64,000 bases of DNA from the human T2T-CHM13v2.0 reference genome, Homo sapiens. Below, one piece after another: positions 40,450-56,384 of the stretch. Within the stretch, counting starts at the first letter, position 1. Every line of letters begins with the position of its first letter. The stretch is taken from the NCBI RefSeq assembly GCF_009914755.1, contig NC_060932.1. One strand, 5' to 3'. The position numbers were made by a program, and so were the translations under genes. The notes under the pieces were generated by a model, which worked only from the letters and a program-made list of their open reading frames with translations, made no database searches and was not told where the DNA came from.

Positions 40450-42638
40450 TATGATAAAGAGAAAACAAATACATACATGGTTATGCTTTGGATAGGGAGT
40501 AGATTTATATATCCCCACTGAGATAATTCAGGGGAGAGGGAAGTATATTCCTAAAACAAAACATAAAGCAATATTCCAAAAGAACCTCCCAGAAAATTTG
40601 TAAGTTGCTTTATAAGAGTTATATGATCTCAAAGGCCACAAAACACAAAGTCAGCTGCTTTTACATGTACATGTAAGGTATCAACACCGATAAGGTTTTG
40701 AGAAAGAATTTCACTTTCCCCATTAGATCCCCATTCCAGTAGGAAAAGGGGATTGTGTCAACACTGGTGTTTAGAACATCCACTGTAATCATTTTGTACT
40801 TTCATTCTAGAGAATGTAGATATAATTGGCTGGTTTGGATGAATTTTAACAACAGCTGTAAACGTTAGTAAGTTTTCAATGGGTCCCTCCATCACTGTTA
40901 CTCCCAAAGTCTTTGTGTATATTTCCACTATCACGCAGTAATTATTCCTTTCAGGAATATGTCTGTCTCAGCCCCTCTCCCCGTAGAACACCTCCTCAAA
41001 GGCCTTGAAGGCCAATGGCTGTGTTATTCACCCTCATGCCCAGAAGCAATGCAAGTATCTTATGAATTCCTCAGGAAACCCAATCCCTGCCACAAGTGCT
41101 CACACTGTCAGTGCTCACAATAGTAAGTGAGCTCCTATTACAAAGAAGGGTCTGCCGAGTGAATATTTGATGAAATTTTTAGGAGGTCGAGATGCCTTTG
41201 TTTCTTAAGTAAATCAATTACTTATTTTTTATCTTGTATTTCAGTTATAGAATTGACTGCAACTGGATGAAAATTATACAGTAATTTTTCTTTGATTTCA
41301 TATAGATAGAAAATCAAGAATTATTAATGAGCAAATAAAAATAGAGTAATAATAAAATATTTCTTTTTTGTTGTTTTTTTGAAATGCTTGGAAAGCAATG
41401 TTACAATTTAAAACTAGAGGGAAAGGAAGGGGGTTGAAAATCAATCTCCAGACAGAATTTTCAATTAAAGAAACAACACACAGAAAAGTCCAAAAACAAG
41501 TTCATTTTTCTTCCAAAAAGTACATTTCAGAGTTTTTTTTCTTTTTAAAATAACATAAACAAATGATTCTACCAAGTCCAGAATTTCTAGGAGGCAAGAC
41601 ACAGTCCTTTCAAGGTAGTATGCTAGGAATGCCAAGAGCTCTGCTGCATATGAAAAAGGTCACCAATGAGCAAGGAGCTTCCAGCTCCAGGTATTCTCAA
41701 GCCTTCCAGGACCACCACCAGGCTTTCCACAGTCCCCTAGGCCTTCTTCCTTACTGAGGCATATGCAGCCAGGATTCAACTGAGACCAACCTGATCAAAT
41801 TCCCACCAAAGGAGGACTCAATGTATATGGGAACCAAATAGAATAAAAACTGTATTTCCACAGTTATTGCACCATAGATAGCTCTCCATACACTTCTATA
41901 GCAAAAATACTAAGTCCTTACTGCTACAAGAGCCTATCCTGAAGGATCCTTAAAAGCAGCATTACCTTATTGCATTTATCATCAAAGCAGTAAACACAAG
42001 GCTTGGTACACTGGAAGTGCTCAATAACATTTGTGGAATGAAAGAACATGGCAAAAGAAATAAGGAAACCAAACAGAATTCGGCAGAAGATTTAGGTCTT
42101 AATTATTCTGAAAAGCAATAAAAACAGAATTAACCTAGGGACTCTAATAATAAATATCAAACAAAGTGACAATAAATTAACTTCACAATTAAAAAAATGT
42201 TTTTAAAGAGTTACCTTTTCTACCTAGTATTCCTGGCTAGGTCCACACTTTAACAAATATTCTTTATATTTTCATTAACAACACTTTCACATTCACTACA
42301 ATTAAAATCAGTACTTACAGCCTATATTATAATTTCGATTGTGTTCTTTTTTAAAAAAAGAACATTTATGAATACCAAAATGCTTCTGTTATAATTTGAG
42401 TGCTCATTCTGTGTACTACTGGCAACAGACTATTCTTAGTAGTAATCATATTTTGTATTTCTTTATAGTTTTATTATTCAGGTGTACCTCCCTAGACACT
42501 ATGATTTAGTCTTGGCCATTTTTTAAAACAAATTTTTTTTCTATTCTTTAAGTCACTTTGAATCTACATATTCCTTTTCCAACTCCTTTTTTACACAACT
42601 CACTATGTATCTGTTGAAGAAGAACAAGGGGCATTTGA

Positions 42639-42971
<333 letters not shown>

Positions 42972-44444
42972 TAAATTTTACTAACAAGGCTTCCTAGGTC
43001 ATGACCATTTTTTGGTGGGAAAAAAAAAAAAAAGCTTAGTCCCAAAGGTCATTCTGAAAGACATTTACATCATAAATACATACGTCATCTTTCCACAAAT
43101 GAAGGGTAATTAAACAAGGGTAAACATGTAGCCTTTGGTTATGTTACATCACATACCACCATGTTGGGAAATTTTAAATTGCTCCTATTCATAAATAGGG
43201 AAATATGAGTCATAGATGTGTTTAGTTAAAAAAGATTAAGGAAAACCAAGAGTGAGACGTGCACATATGCAAAGAAAAAAAAAGTCTGAAGTGAAAGACA
43301 AATTGTTACAAAGATCAGACTTTTGAGAACACAAAGAACAGTCACACTGAATTCCATTCAAATATTAAGAACCTACCATGTGCAAAAAACGTGCTGCAAA
43401 AACACGAGTTAAGATTTTAAGTTCCATTAAAAGAGAAGTTATGATAAAAGCACACACACTTAATGATTCCTGTTTTTGCTGTAAAAGTTCTTATATGCTA
43501 TAAAAATGTTACTAAAAATACGTCCCTCATAGACAAGATTTTTCATGAGTAAAATGAACACAATTAGATATACTGACGAATCAGGAAAATAGTCATCAAA
43601 AACATTTTTTAATCAAAGTCAATTCTGCATAGGAAAAAATAATTTTAAGGGTACAAAAAGCAACATACTGAAATATTAAGGAAATTTGATCTCCTTATCT
43701 TTAAAAATAATCAACTATAGTTCAAACAAGCCGAGCAAATGGGAAGATACTAATTTTTCACCATGTCCACAAGTTGGAGGCTAATTTCCCTCTGTGCATG
43801 AAGAGTATTAATTACTCGAATAAAACCTTTTTGGTAAAGCTTAGAGTTCCTTTTGATGTCAAAAACACAGAAAGTTCAAAGGTTAGACAGCCACTCAACA
43901 GTATGACAGGCCTAAAACCTGAACAGGAAACTCATTTCTAAACTTACCCGTAAGGTATTGCAATCCTAAGGCCAGAGTGGCCAGGCATTGTTCAGCCGGC
44001 TGGTGTTTTTGTACTTTGCCTAAGGATTTATTCAGAGGGGTGACAATACCTGCCTCATCACCAAGGAGAAACATTCTTTTGGATACAAAGAATCCCAGCC
44101 ATTTCTTCTAACACCGCCCCCACCCCCACCCCACCCACTAATTAGTTTCTCAACATTCTGGAAGGCCAAAGACCCTAGTCAAGTTGAATAGCCCCGGATT
44201 TAGCCCACATTATGTTCTATCTTGCACTTCACACCCCTCCCAAAATTAAAAAGAAAAGAAAAAACATGAACCACATTGGATGTAGTCAGGAGGAGGATGG
44301 CTGCAACAAGATTTACTTGGAAATAAGAAATAACTTCAATAGAAAGAAAGAAGTGGCTAATCATATAGAAAAGGTGTCATTTACAAAAGGTTACCAGAGG
44401 CATATAAACTCAGGGAAGCCAGATTTTGGCATACAGTGTGAGTC

Positions 44445-44545
44445 ATTCCCTTATTCAATAAACATTCCCTAATGCCTCCAGGCACCCTGCTAGGCACTGG
44501 TTGAAAAGGCAAAAGTGGTCTCTGTTCCCAAAGAGTTCACAATGC
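44445..44545 (-). mobile_element. L2 3' end
   Basis: ttattcaataaacattccctaatgcctccaggcaccctgctaggcactgg. Confidence 0.65.
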
Positions 44546-45464
44546 AACAGGGATTTGAACTGGAAATATGAATATGAGTATCTGTTTGGTAGAGACCTCA
44601 GACAATCATCAAAGCAATAGAGAAAATGGTATGGAGGACGCCTCCACAAATTCAGATCATCTGTGTTTTCTGAGTTGTTCAGCTGATAAATGTGACTTGC
44701 CTTTTATCATCAACAAGAACTTCGTACCACCCTGAAATCTGATCAAATACTGTTTCCCTGAAATAGGAGATATCATCCATTTTTTAACCACTCAAACTTC
44801 TTCTCTTATCTATTAATTTCACCATTCTTTAGATTCAATATATCAAGTCTGGAAACTAATAGATGAATTAAGTAAATAACTGCCTTTTTTTTTTTACCTC
44901 CCATAAATTGGATCCAGTTATCAGCAAAACACTGAAGTTCCCTGAAGAAGTTCTGGTGGAGACTGAAACATTAGTTTTTAAAGGAGATTAGTTTTAATCA
45001 AATACTTAACCTTTTATATCACTTGTAGTTTAAATGGTATTCTGCAGGCGTTGGGCATAATCAAAATGAAATGCATTTTTCTCTGAAGGTAGTTCTTTTA
45101 AAACTCGGCCAATAATAATGCCTTTTAAAGTGCAAGGATTTTTGCCACCGAAAGAACCTGAGCAATGAACTTAAAACTACATTTTTAAGTATATAGATAA
45201 AAAGCATACCTCATCTATTATAATAGGTGGAGCAAGTGTTGGCCCTCCTTTACTAAATACAGAAGTCTCATACTATGAGAGGCACTTCAATGCAGTGGGA
45301 AGTCATAAAATGTGGTTCCCATTCTGGTTTCTTCACTAATTAACACATCATCTCTCCATGTCTCAGCTTCCTCATAACCCTACTCTTCAGCAGGCAGATA
45401 AGACCATTAACTCTTTTGGAGGGCTAGGGGGGAGGGTGGAGTCCTAAAATTCAATGGATAATAA

Positions 45465-45690
45465 AACTAGTTAATATTTAGGGAGCACTTATCTTATGCC
45501 AGGCACTGAGCAAAATGCTTTTCATTCAGTATCTCATTTAATTTTACAGAGCAGCACTAAAAAGACAGATACCAGAATCACCATTTTACCGATGAGGAAA
45601 TGGGGGCTTAGACAATTAAATGACACGCAAAAGGATATCAAATACTCATAACCACTAACCTCAACCATTTCCCCAAGCCTTGAAGTTCTC
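45465..45690 (-). mobile_element. MIR relic
   Basis: gagcacttatcttatgccaggcactgagcaaaatgcttt...atctcatttaat...ccattttaccgatgaggaaatgggggcttagaca. Confidence 0.8.
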
Positions 45691-48206
45691 ACTAGGTCAT
45701 GCAGGTAACCAGATTCCAACTGATTTTTAAAATACACTGTTTTCCAGAAAAAGAAACATTTTGCAGTATTTTTACATAAGATTGCTGAATGTCAATTCTG
45801 CATACTTTTGCAATAAGAAGGTTTCAATCAAACAATTTCTCTCTTTGTTTTAGCTCCAAGTAGATATACTATGCATAGATAACTGCTTCTAAAGTCAGAG
45901 CAGTGTTCTGGAATGCAGAACCAGATCATCTGCTAGGATGTACATTTTCATCCCCAATGTCTACAGAACAGGTATTTGGGGGTCTTACCTTTCATAAAGT
46001 GTTTTCATCACAGAAGCTGCCCCCAAAGAAGATGAGGAAGCAGATATCTAAATAACTGTACCTCTTCCTCAGTAGTCTTTCTGATCTTTGCCCATCTGCC
46101 TTTCATCCCTGCATATACTGAGTCCCAGGAGGAGATGGGGAAAAGGGGATTACAAAGAAATTGCCACTGTCATTTAATGAATTGATGCTGGCGTGCTTTT
46201 AATAGCCCCATTTAACTGTGCAGTCGTATTTTCTGCAGAAGCCCTCCTACCACTAATGTATTAACAGTCTCTTACCCTGCCCCGGGGAATTACAACTGCT
46301 CCATTTTCTCCTCTTTCAACCCAGTCTGTACATTATTTGCCTTCCTCTTAAAATTGTCACAAAAACCGAGAGCAAAACAAAAAATTGCAAGGTTTTAGCC
46401 AGATATAAGGTAAATATATGAAAATATGGCATTTAACTGCTGGGGGAAACAAGAGTCGGGGAGTTCTTGTAAAAGAGGAGTGTGATTAACAGTATAAAAA
46501 CGATCAAGTCCTGCGGCCACAATCATGGGGACAAGAAATGTTAATTTCCCGTTATTTTAAAACCATAACATCATTGACTCCATTACAGAGAACTGATGGC
46601 AACATGTGACCTCAGACTAGGGGAAGGGGATGGATTTTCTCATCCTAAGATACTATGCCAGGCCAAAAATAACAAAATGCATTAAAAATAGCTGAAGTCT
46701 TAACTGAGGCCTGTTGTATCCAGGGATATATTTATTTCTAAACTTTCGCATCATGCACCATAACACAATGCAAAAAGAACAATTCTCATGTAAGTTTCAC
46801 TATTGTCCTAAAAAGCATTGTTCTTCACATCTGAGAGGAAAAAAAGTTTCTAAAACTAGACATCATGAAAAGGCATCTTAAGATTACGGCTGGAAATCTT
46901 TTGATTTTATTATTTGGAAAATTCTAAATTTATTTTCCAATAAGATCTTTCTGTTCTTTCCCCATCATACTAATACGAATAAACCTCCCCCAAAATAAAA
47001 CCATTATAAGGTGACAATAAGATTGAGTAATCCAAAACAAGGATATTTTAGCAGATGTCCAGTTTCTTTTAACAAGAAACAGATGGGCAAAATTTAAGTA
47101 AATGTGGGGTATCAATTTCTATACAACAAATGAGTTCCAATCTTACAGGTAATGCAACCCAAAACACCAGGCCAAGCTAACTATAATTATATAGTGAGCT
47201 GAACACGTTTTCTTTTAATTCCATTTCAAATGGTTTTCTCACAAGTCTTTCCTACCCACATGCCCGGTGAAATCTCTGCTGGTCTTCTGGACTTCATTTT
47301 AATTTCCCTCACTCATTCTAAATTTCTTCTGAAATTGAAAATAGAGAAGAAAGAATTAAGTTTGGAGCGAGGGAAAGAAACCAGAAATTTCAGAACAGTA
47401 AGGCCAGCACTACTGATTACACTCTCTTCCAATCAGTTTCTCAATCTCTGTCACCAGGATACGCCCTGGAGTATGTACTTATAGCCCAAGACATTTTTAC
47501 ACCTCTTATAGTTGATTGACAAGACCAATTGACAGTTAAACTGGTGGGGCTTGCGAGATGGAGAAACAGACATATCTCCTCATTTTAAGCATACAATTTG
47601 ATAAAATTCCATCTCAGGATATAATGATACTTTTAGCTAAACTCTGGTCTTGAGGAATTTAAGAACCAAATTTGAAGTTCAGACTTGTGAATGAGCCTAG
47701 GACACAAAAAGCACTTAATAAATGCATATTCAATGCCTGAGTGAATAATCTACAGAACAGTAATCTCCACAATTAAAGAACATTTATGGAAGACACTGTA
47801 CTATTTAATACTCTCCATCGAGTCCCCATTGCTCCTATTATATCTGTTATGAATATATCTTCTTCTTATGTGGCTAATCACCCACCAGTCACCATAAGTG
47901 TTTAATGATTCAGGTTGTCAAGGCCAGCCTGGCCCTAATCCATATTCTGAATATAAAGAATTCAAGAACTAAACCCAGTATCATTAGGCAGACAGGTTCT
48001 CTGCCTATGCCCTAGGTGACACCTCAACACCTCTCTTCCTAATCTAGTTTAATAGGCTCCTAAGACGCCACACCCTTTCTGGTGTTCTTACTGCCCAGCA
48101 CAGTCCCCAGGACATAGTAAGAAGCTCAATAGAAGTTTTCTAAACTCAAGAATCAAGCACTATTGACCAAGCTATTGGTCAATGGGTCTCAATAAGAAAA
48201 GAGGGA

Positions 48207-48506
<300 letters not shown>

Positions 48507-49149
48507 CTAGTAATCCCACTGGAGTGGATCCTGAGGAACTTATCTATTAGTTTGGAAGACAAATGAGGTAATATACAAACCACTGATCTAATCACCAAGC
48601 TCTCTCAGTCAAACTGAATGGGAGAGATTCAAGATCCTCAACTAGGACTTTTATAATAACCTAGACCAAGACTGTCTGGTGATCACAGAGTATACAGAGT
48701 TAAGATGCAAGGAACTCTCCCAAGCTAGAATAAATAGGACTTGCTAAAGTGACTATGTCCCAGATGCTACCTCCTGGGATCAACTGCAAGTCGTGTCATA
48801 GGAATTATCACAGAGCACAAAGTCTGTACTACCATAGTACTTGTCATAATGCATCTTGTTCATGCTTGGTTGTGTGCACATCCATCTCTTTCACTGGGCT
48901 GCAGGCTCAAAGACTGCAGGGATCAGATTTTCATGCAGCAATTCAACAACCAAGCAAGAAACCAAGCTGGGCATGTTATATAATTCAGTCGTTATTAAGC
49001 CTGCCTGACAGAGCATCAGGGTCACTTGTAAAACCTTCAAAACCCAAATGCCCAGAGCCCAGCTCCTCGAAATGCTGGGTCCACATATGTCAGTGTTTTG
49101 AAAAGTGCTTAAGTGACTCTGGGAGCACAGTCCAGGCTGAGACCTAGGG

Positions 49150-49405
49150 CATGGCATTAGGGAAGCGTTTGATTCCAGAGCCCAGTTCATGCGGTGTTCA
49201 AATCCTACTCCGCCCCTTATGCTTTGCACGACTCTGGGCAAGTCATTGAACTCAAGTCTTGGTCTCACTTTCCTCATCCGTATTAATAAAATGGAGACTG
49301 GCCTAATGTACTCAAAGAGCTTTTGCAAAAATTAGATGAAATAGTGCATGTTAAGTATACTGCCTTCTTTATCCACAGTAAGTACTTAATAGATGACAGA
49401 TATTC
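49150..49405 (+). mobile_element. MIR, near full length
   Basis: gttcaaatcctactccgccccttatgctttgcacgactctgggcaagtcattgaactc...tttcctcatccgt...aaaatggag...taagtacttaataga. Confidence 0.8.
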
Positions 49406-51859
49406 GGGCTGGGGGCCTAAAGCCCAGTGCCTTACACAATCCATATTGTATTACAATAGATGTTTATGGAAGGAAATGGGATGAGCCTTTATGGCTAACA
49501 AGGTACAGATGTTTCGATTGTTAAGCATCATACACCATCAGGTACCACTCTTCATCCAAAGATGGTGTGACAAATTGACAAAGGGTTAGGAAAAAGTGTT
49601 TAGAGAGAGGTGGGTAAATTCAACTTGGCTATCAAATGTATATCATATAGAAACAAGGATGCTGAGGTTATTAAAATAACCTATTTGCTACAGCCTTGGT
49701 GTCTGTCCTCTCTCCCATGGGAACAATGGGAGGAAGGGTGAGCAGAAGAAAGAGTAACACCCTCCAGGTTGTGGTACTATTGTGTGTTGCCATTTTGTTA
49801 TTAAAGCCATATACCATAGCTTAGGCGTGGGGGACAACAATAAGTGGCATCGGGCCAGCTTCATCAGAAGGTTAGTATTTCCTATAGATTTATGGTACCT
49901 AAAGGGTTGTTTTGTTTGTTTGTTATTGGGGCTGTTTTTGTTTTTTTTTTTTTGGTTGATTGGTCATCTTACCAAAGAATATGGGAACATACTATATTCA
50001 GAGCCTACTGAAAGACAATGCCATTTTTACAGTAGAAGTCACTGGGGAAAAACAATTTGCTTAATAAACATTCACTTTACTGCAAACTTTAAGGGAATGC
50101 ATCCATTACACAACTGGGAACAAGAGCCACATGTTCACATACACATATCTATCCTATGTTACTCGTGTGTGTGACGGAGGCAAAAAAAAAAAGCAGTGTT
50201 TTTACTGAAATAAAAATGTACCTGTTTTGTTGCAGAGCCTTGAAAAAGAAAAGCTTAATCCACTCTGCATTTTCACAAGCAACAAATTTTGTGTCACTGT
50301 GTATCCTCTGATAATCTATTTTAAAGGAACATTTCAAGCACCAGAAAAATAAAAGAAAAATATCCCTTAGATGAATCTGACTTGTAAATAAGGAAAGCTA
50401 TTAAGTGCTTACTGTTTTTGGTCTCTCTATCATAAACACTATAAATAATCTCAGAATATACAGCTCATCTGGCCCTACTCAGCGAGGCCTCATTTTTTTA
50501 GTAAGGAAAAGCACACAATACTGGCTAATTTTCTGGTACCCAATCCTCATCTTTTAAAAATAAATAAATGAATAAAAAGGTGGGAAGAGGAACACTGTCA
50601 ATCAGATAAAATAGAAAGTCTAGGAATATAAGCAAGTCTTGTGTATTGCCTATCACGTACATGGCTAGTTATATTTATTGACTGCCTAAAATTTGTGAAA
50701 GGCCACCTCCAAAATTTCTTGACATCACCAGTATTTTTATGGACTGGGGAGCCTCTTTAGGTAAACCATTTTAGGAGCAAGAGTACAGAAATAATCCATC
50801 CTGAAAATGCCTTCTAGTCTAAGCACCTGGCATAAAGCTATTGTGACCAGTGATTTCATATTATGGCCTTCCACACATAAAGGAAATGCTCTGAATCCTA
50901 AGGACTAATTGCACATCCACAGACTTCCTCTTTCAACAGAGCTTTTAATTGGGCACTTTAAGTTGCCAAGTACGTTCAAAAATGGTATTTCCAGTAAGCA
51001 CGCAAAGTGATCTTGAATTGGAATATTCAGCTTCCCTTTGGATGAGGAACTGATGCACTTATTTTAAGCTGTTCATTCTCTAGTAGATGACAACATGAAG
51101 GGAGAAACCGAGAATCTTGGTCTATTTAATTCAGCTTGCATTCATAATAATATGAATGTTTCAGTATAATTTCAATGCAAAAAGATAATGTAAAAAGGGG
51201 TTAGAAATCTAAAATTAGAAACCACTACTCAAACAGGATATAAATATTAGATATGTGTACTTCTACTTCCTGTAAGCAATTAGTTTTGTAGTAGACAGAA
51301 TGGGATAACTATTTAGGAGCTTAATTTTGTGTTAGACTAGGTTGTTTCTGAAACTTCCCTCCTCCAGTAAAACCCCGTGTTTTGATTCAAAAGAAAAGGG
51401 TAGATATCACCTACAAGACTCTGCAACATCACACAACCACATAAAACTGTCACCATGAAATACTGCGCTGCATGATTCTGTTACTGCTTCTTTTATTCTT
51501 GCAGCAATGGACACACAACTTCAGAGGATGAATTCGCCACTTCAAGGCTCGTGCCCAGCGCTGGATAGAAACAATGAAAACAGTCTTGGGAACAGGAGCC
51601 CCTAGGGATGTGGGTACTGCCATCCAATCTGACAGCAAATACACCTTTGAATTAATAATTTTCGTACTTCCCACACTCTGAATTTTTTTTCCTGAGATAA
51701 GAATATTCCTCTATTCCTAGAAAGGAGCCCAACCCTGAAATTGAATCCAATGCTACAAAACCATTGAATCGTTTCATCAGATATTCACATACTAAAACTA
51801 AAACTAAAACCTTAGCTTCAGATTGGAGGTACAGTTTTCAAAACAGCTATTAGACATTG

Positions 51860-51998
51860 TCAGGGATCTTTAACCAAGGATCAGAGCTCTACAAACCCTA
51901 TAAAAACGTACGTAGAAGTTTGATGTGTACTTTTCTGGAAGGCGGTTTTAGAATCCACAGAGTGCTCTCTGACCTAAAAAAGTCAATAACCAACCATA
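51860..51998. mobile_element. MER103-like hAT MITE relic
   Basis: cagggatctttaacc...tacttttctggaagg...tctgacctaaaaaagtcaataacca. Confidence 0.5.
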
Positions 51999-53799
51999 AA
52001 GTTGTTTCTTTAATTATGCTGGGGAGAAAAAAATCATAAAGTTATGCCAGTTGAACAGAATATTGAAGGAAAACATTTTCCTTCAATCTAATGTGTTTAC
52101 ACAGAAAGAATTTAATGACAAACTTTTACTACAACAGAAAAAAAATTTTTTAATAAAAGATAAGTTTGATTCATGCATGTAATTGGGAAGCATTTGTTCT
52201 TATTGTTGTTACATATTAATGTACAAAGAGATTCTTTCTCCTATGAATGAACATAAAAACCTGGTAGAAACAAGCCCATTCTCAGGCTTATAAAACAAGC
52301 CTTTACAGATAATTATGTTTTATTACTCTTCATTTTATGGGGATTGTGTTATACAAAACAAATACCAGACGCCTATTTGTTTTATTCGTTTCAGGGCAAA
52401 AAAAAAAAAAAAAAAAAATCCTACAAGTGCCTCTGTGAAGAGAACTGCTTTTAATTAAACACAATGCACAAGGAGCACATAAAGTTAATACTGTTTGAAG
52501 CCAGCAGGTAGAGAGTAAATGCATTGAACAGCAACTGCTGAATCCCCCTTCTTCTCCCGGCTGCTGCACTGAAAACATTCCCAGGCTTATTACTTGGGAA
52601 CTCAAATCAGCAAGGGATACTGGAACAAGGTCATTCATGGACTCATCTTGGGGAAACTAAAGCCAATGTCCATGGACATGTTAAACTTGGAAGTGAGAAA
52701 ACAAAACAAAACAAAAATGTATTTTAAGGGCACCTGTATTAAACCAGACTGCACATTAACTCTTCTTTATGAAATCGGGTAGATCCCTTCTGAGCCATTT
52801 GGCTAAAGCTGTTAAGATGGAATGAACCAGGTTCATTTCTGCTACATCAAAAAATGCAACGAGATTTCTGGCACGGTTCAGACTTAATCTGCAGCCACCA
52901 CAGAAGGACATGTCAAACAGTGGCTGCTATCTGATTAATATAGTAATGCTTAAAAAAAAAAAAAAGGTAGGGGAAGAAAGGGGGGAGACCTAAAGAAAAG
53001 AACAGTCAAACTAAAATTTGACAGTTTCTTCCTGACCCCAAAAAAATAAATCAGATCTGTTCAACTGTGGGTTCTAATCAGAAAGTGAAAATTCAACATG
53101 CAGCATTTTAGCCCCACAATGAGAAAAATGTGATGCCTTCTCTTTTTTTTTTTTTTCCTCTGCTTTTGTTTTCTTGTTTACTTTTGATCAAATCATGGTA
53201 AAACCCATTCACTGTCCTGGTCCTAGACTTAGATATTATCTGGCCAGTTATGAGCTGTACTCACTAGTGCCAAGAGAGAAAATAAACAGTTTGAAAGCAC
53301 CGTGTGAAGTAATATGAAACAGCCTGAAATTGTATCTGGCAGCCCGCTTTCCACAAAGAATATCCATACACCTTTAACTAGTCACACTTACTTAAGGGGT
53401 CACACCCCACCTTCCGCTACTGGCATTTCTGAATCTCAGAGTAGTCTTGATTCAAGGAGAACGTGTGTTATTCTTTTACACGAGACTGATCATTTCTTGG
53501 CTAGTGTAATTCAGTCTTTTGAATAAATGGAAAAAATAAATTGTATGTTATTTTTATACAGAAAAAAAGGCCTTAATATCATAAGGTTTTTTTATAGCCC
53601 TCAAAACTGATTTTTAAATGGAGGTAGGCAACTGAGAAAATAAGCATTTAAATTAGTTTTCACCCCAAAGCCCCCCAAAATTTTGCTTACAAAATTAGGG
53701 TACTCCTCATTCTCAAAGAATTGGGGGTGAATATACAGAAAAAGACTATAATCAAGAGTGAAATGCCAAATTTTACACTCAGTTATAAACTAATCGAAG

Positions 53800-54105
53800 G
53801 AGCATTTTCACAGCAGACTCCCTTATAGCTGTAAAAACAGAATGAGGGAAAGATCTATATGGAGTGACATGGAATCGTGTTTGATATATGATTAATCTTC
53901 TTTTCTAATAAGAGAAATTACAAAAGAGTATATCTATGCCATGATCCTGTTTTCAAGAAGATAAACAGCATGTGCTTAGAATAAAATATATCCACTAAAC
54001 TATTCAAGGTGGTTATGGGAAACAAATGATAGGGAACTTTCACTTTCTATAATGTCTGAACTCAACAATGCTACAGTATTACTTTTGCAATCTAGATTTT
54101 AAAAA
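53800..54105 (+). mobile_element. Ancient L1ME-type 3' end
   Basis: tagctgtaaaaacagaatgagggaaagatctatatggagtgacatggaa...gggaactttcactttcta...tattacttttgcaat. Confidence 0.65.
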
Positions 54106-54597
54106 ATATGTCCTTTTTTAACACATTCGCCAGATTATTAAAAACCTTGGGTGTTCTCTATCTGAAAAGTGAAAGGTAAAATTGAGCTTCTGAGATGAAA
54201 ACTCTTATGTGCTAGAAGGGTTTCACTTAAATGACAGTAGGAGGTTTTACATAGGATACGGGAGAGCCAGAGGACAGGAAGCATGTGTGGTGTGCGCGTG
54301 CATGAGTATGTCTGCCTGTGTGTGCAAGCACAAGCCTTCAGAGGAAAGAGGGAGGGTTACTGAAAAAAAGAGTAGCTAAAAGGAAGAAGCAGAGAGTAGG
54401 GTGAGGTGACTCAGACTGGAGGCAAGGCTTTTGTAAACAGCCACAATAAGTACCTCCGATGGTCCCTTGGTAACTGCTAGAGAGAACCTAGGAAAAAGAG
54501 GTGTATAAAATTCCATCCTTTTCAGTGGTGGTGAGAGGTGCCAGGTGCTATTCTGCAGAGAAGTGTCAACCAAAAACCTGTAAAAAAGAGCCAAGTA

Positions 54598-54887
54598 GGC
54601 CACAAGTGGTGGCTCATGCCTGTAACCCCAACACTTTGGGATGCCAAGGCAGGAATACCACTTAAGACCAGGAGTTTGAGACCAGCCCGGGCAACACAGG
54701 GAGATCCCATCTCTAAAAAAATAAAATAAAAAATTAGCAGGGTGTGGTGGCACACGTCCTGCTGGCACTCCAGAGGCCGAGGTGGGAGGATTGCTTGACC
54801 CTGGGAAGTCAAGGCTGCAGTGAGCCATGACAGTGCCACTGTCATCCAGCCTGGGCAACAGAGCAAGACCGTGTCTTGAAAAAAAAA
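54598..54887 (+). mobile_element. AluJ (Jo/Jr-like)
   Basis: gggaggattgcttgaccctgggaagtcaaggctgcagtgagccatga. Confidence 0.92.
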
Positions 54888-54953
54888 GGCAAAATTGTCT
54901 AGGGATGAACCGTGGAAGCTGAAGCCACTCTGTAGAAAACCATGCATGTCCCT

Positions 54954-55334
<381 letters not shown>

Positions 55335-55860
55335 TTATACTAAGGGATCAGAGTCCAGGAAAGCTGTTTTGTACCACAGGTGGTTGGCTGAGCATGGCAT
55401 GCTGGTGCCTCATTCATTTGCAGACAGTTAGGAAGGAGGCTCTGGTCCCAAGGGCACAGTCTGTCCCTTCCTTCAATGGGGCAGCTGAAACACCAAAGAA
55501 GTCAAGGAGGGGACATCTTCTATTAGGAAGTTGCTAGAGAGTTCCGCTACAATTCTCTTCAATGAGTTCACTATCTCTCAGCCTGCTCCCCAAAAGGAGA
55601 CAGTTTCAAAGAACATAAACTGCACCCGGCCAAGAACCGAGGCCTATCTTAGACAATACGATGCAGCTCAAGTTCCATAAAGCAGGCTTGTAGGGATATT
55701 ACAGTTATGACCAGGAACCTACTTGTAGCTAAAGTGACAATCAAAGGCATGAGTTATTTCAAAGGTGCAAATCATCATCCGATTTTGGTAAATCTCTAAT
55801 TTCACTCCTACTATTTCGAACCTCAAGGAGGGTAAAATATATAGAGATATGGATATATAC

Positions 55861-56335
<475 letters not shown>

Positions 56336-56384
56336 AATTCAGATCCAAAAGTTTTTCTGCACTAAAAGGCCACCATGACCAAAA

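Noticed and set aside
40661-40676. 16-bp palindrome ttacatgtacatgtaa
   Set aside because: AT-rich, internally repetitive and expected by chance; does not fit a p53 site.
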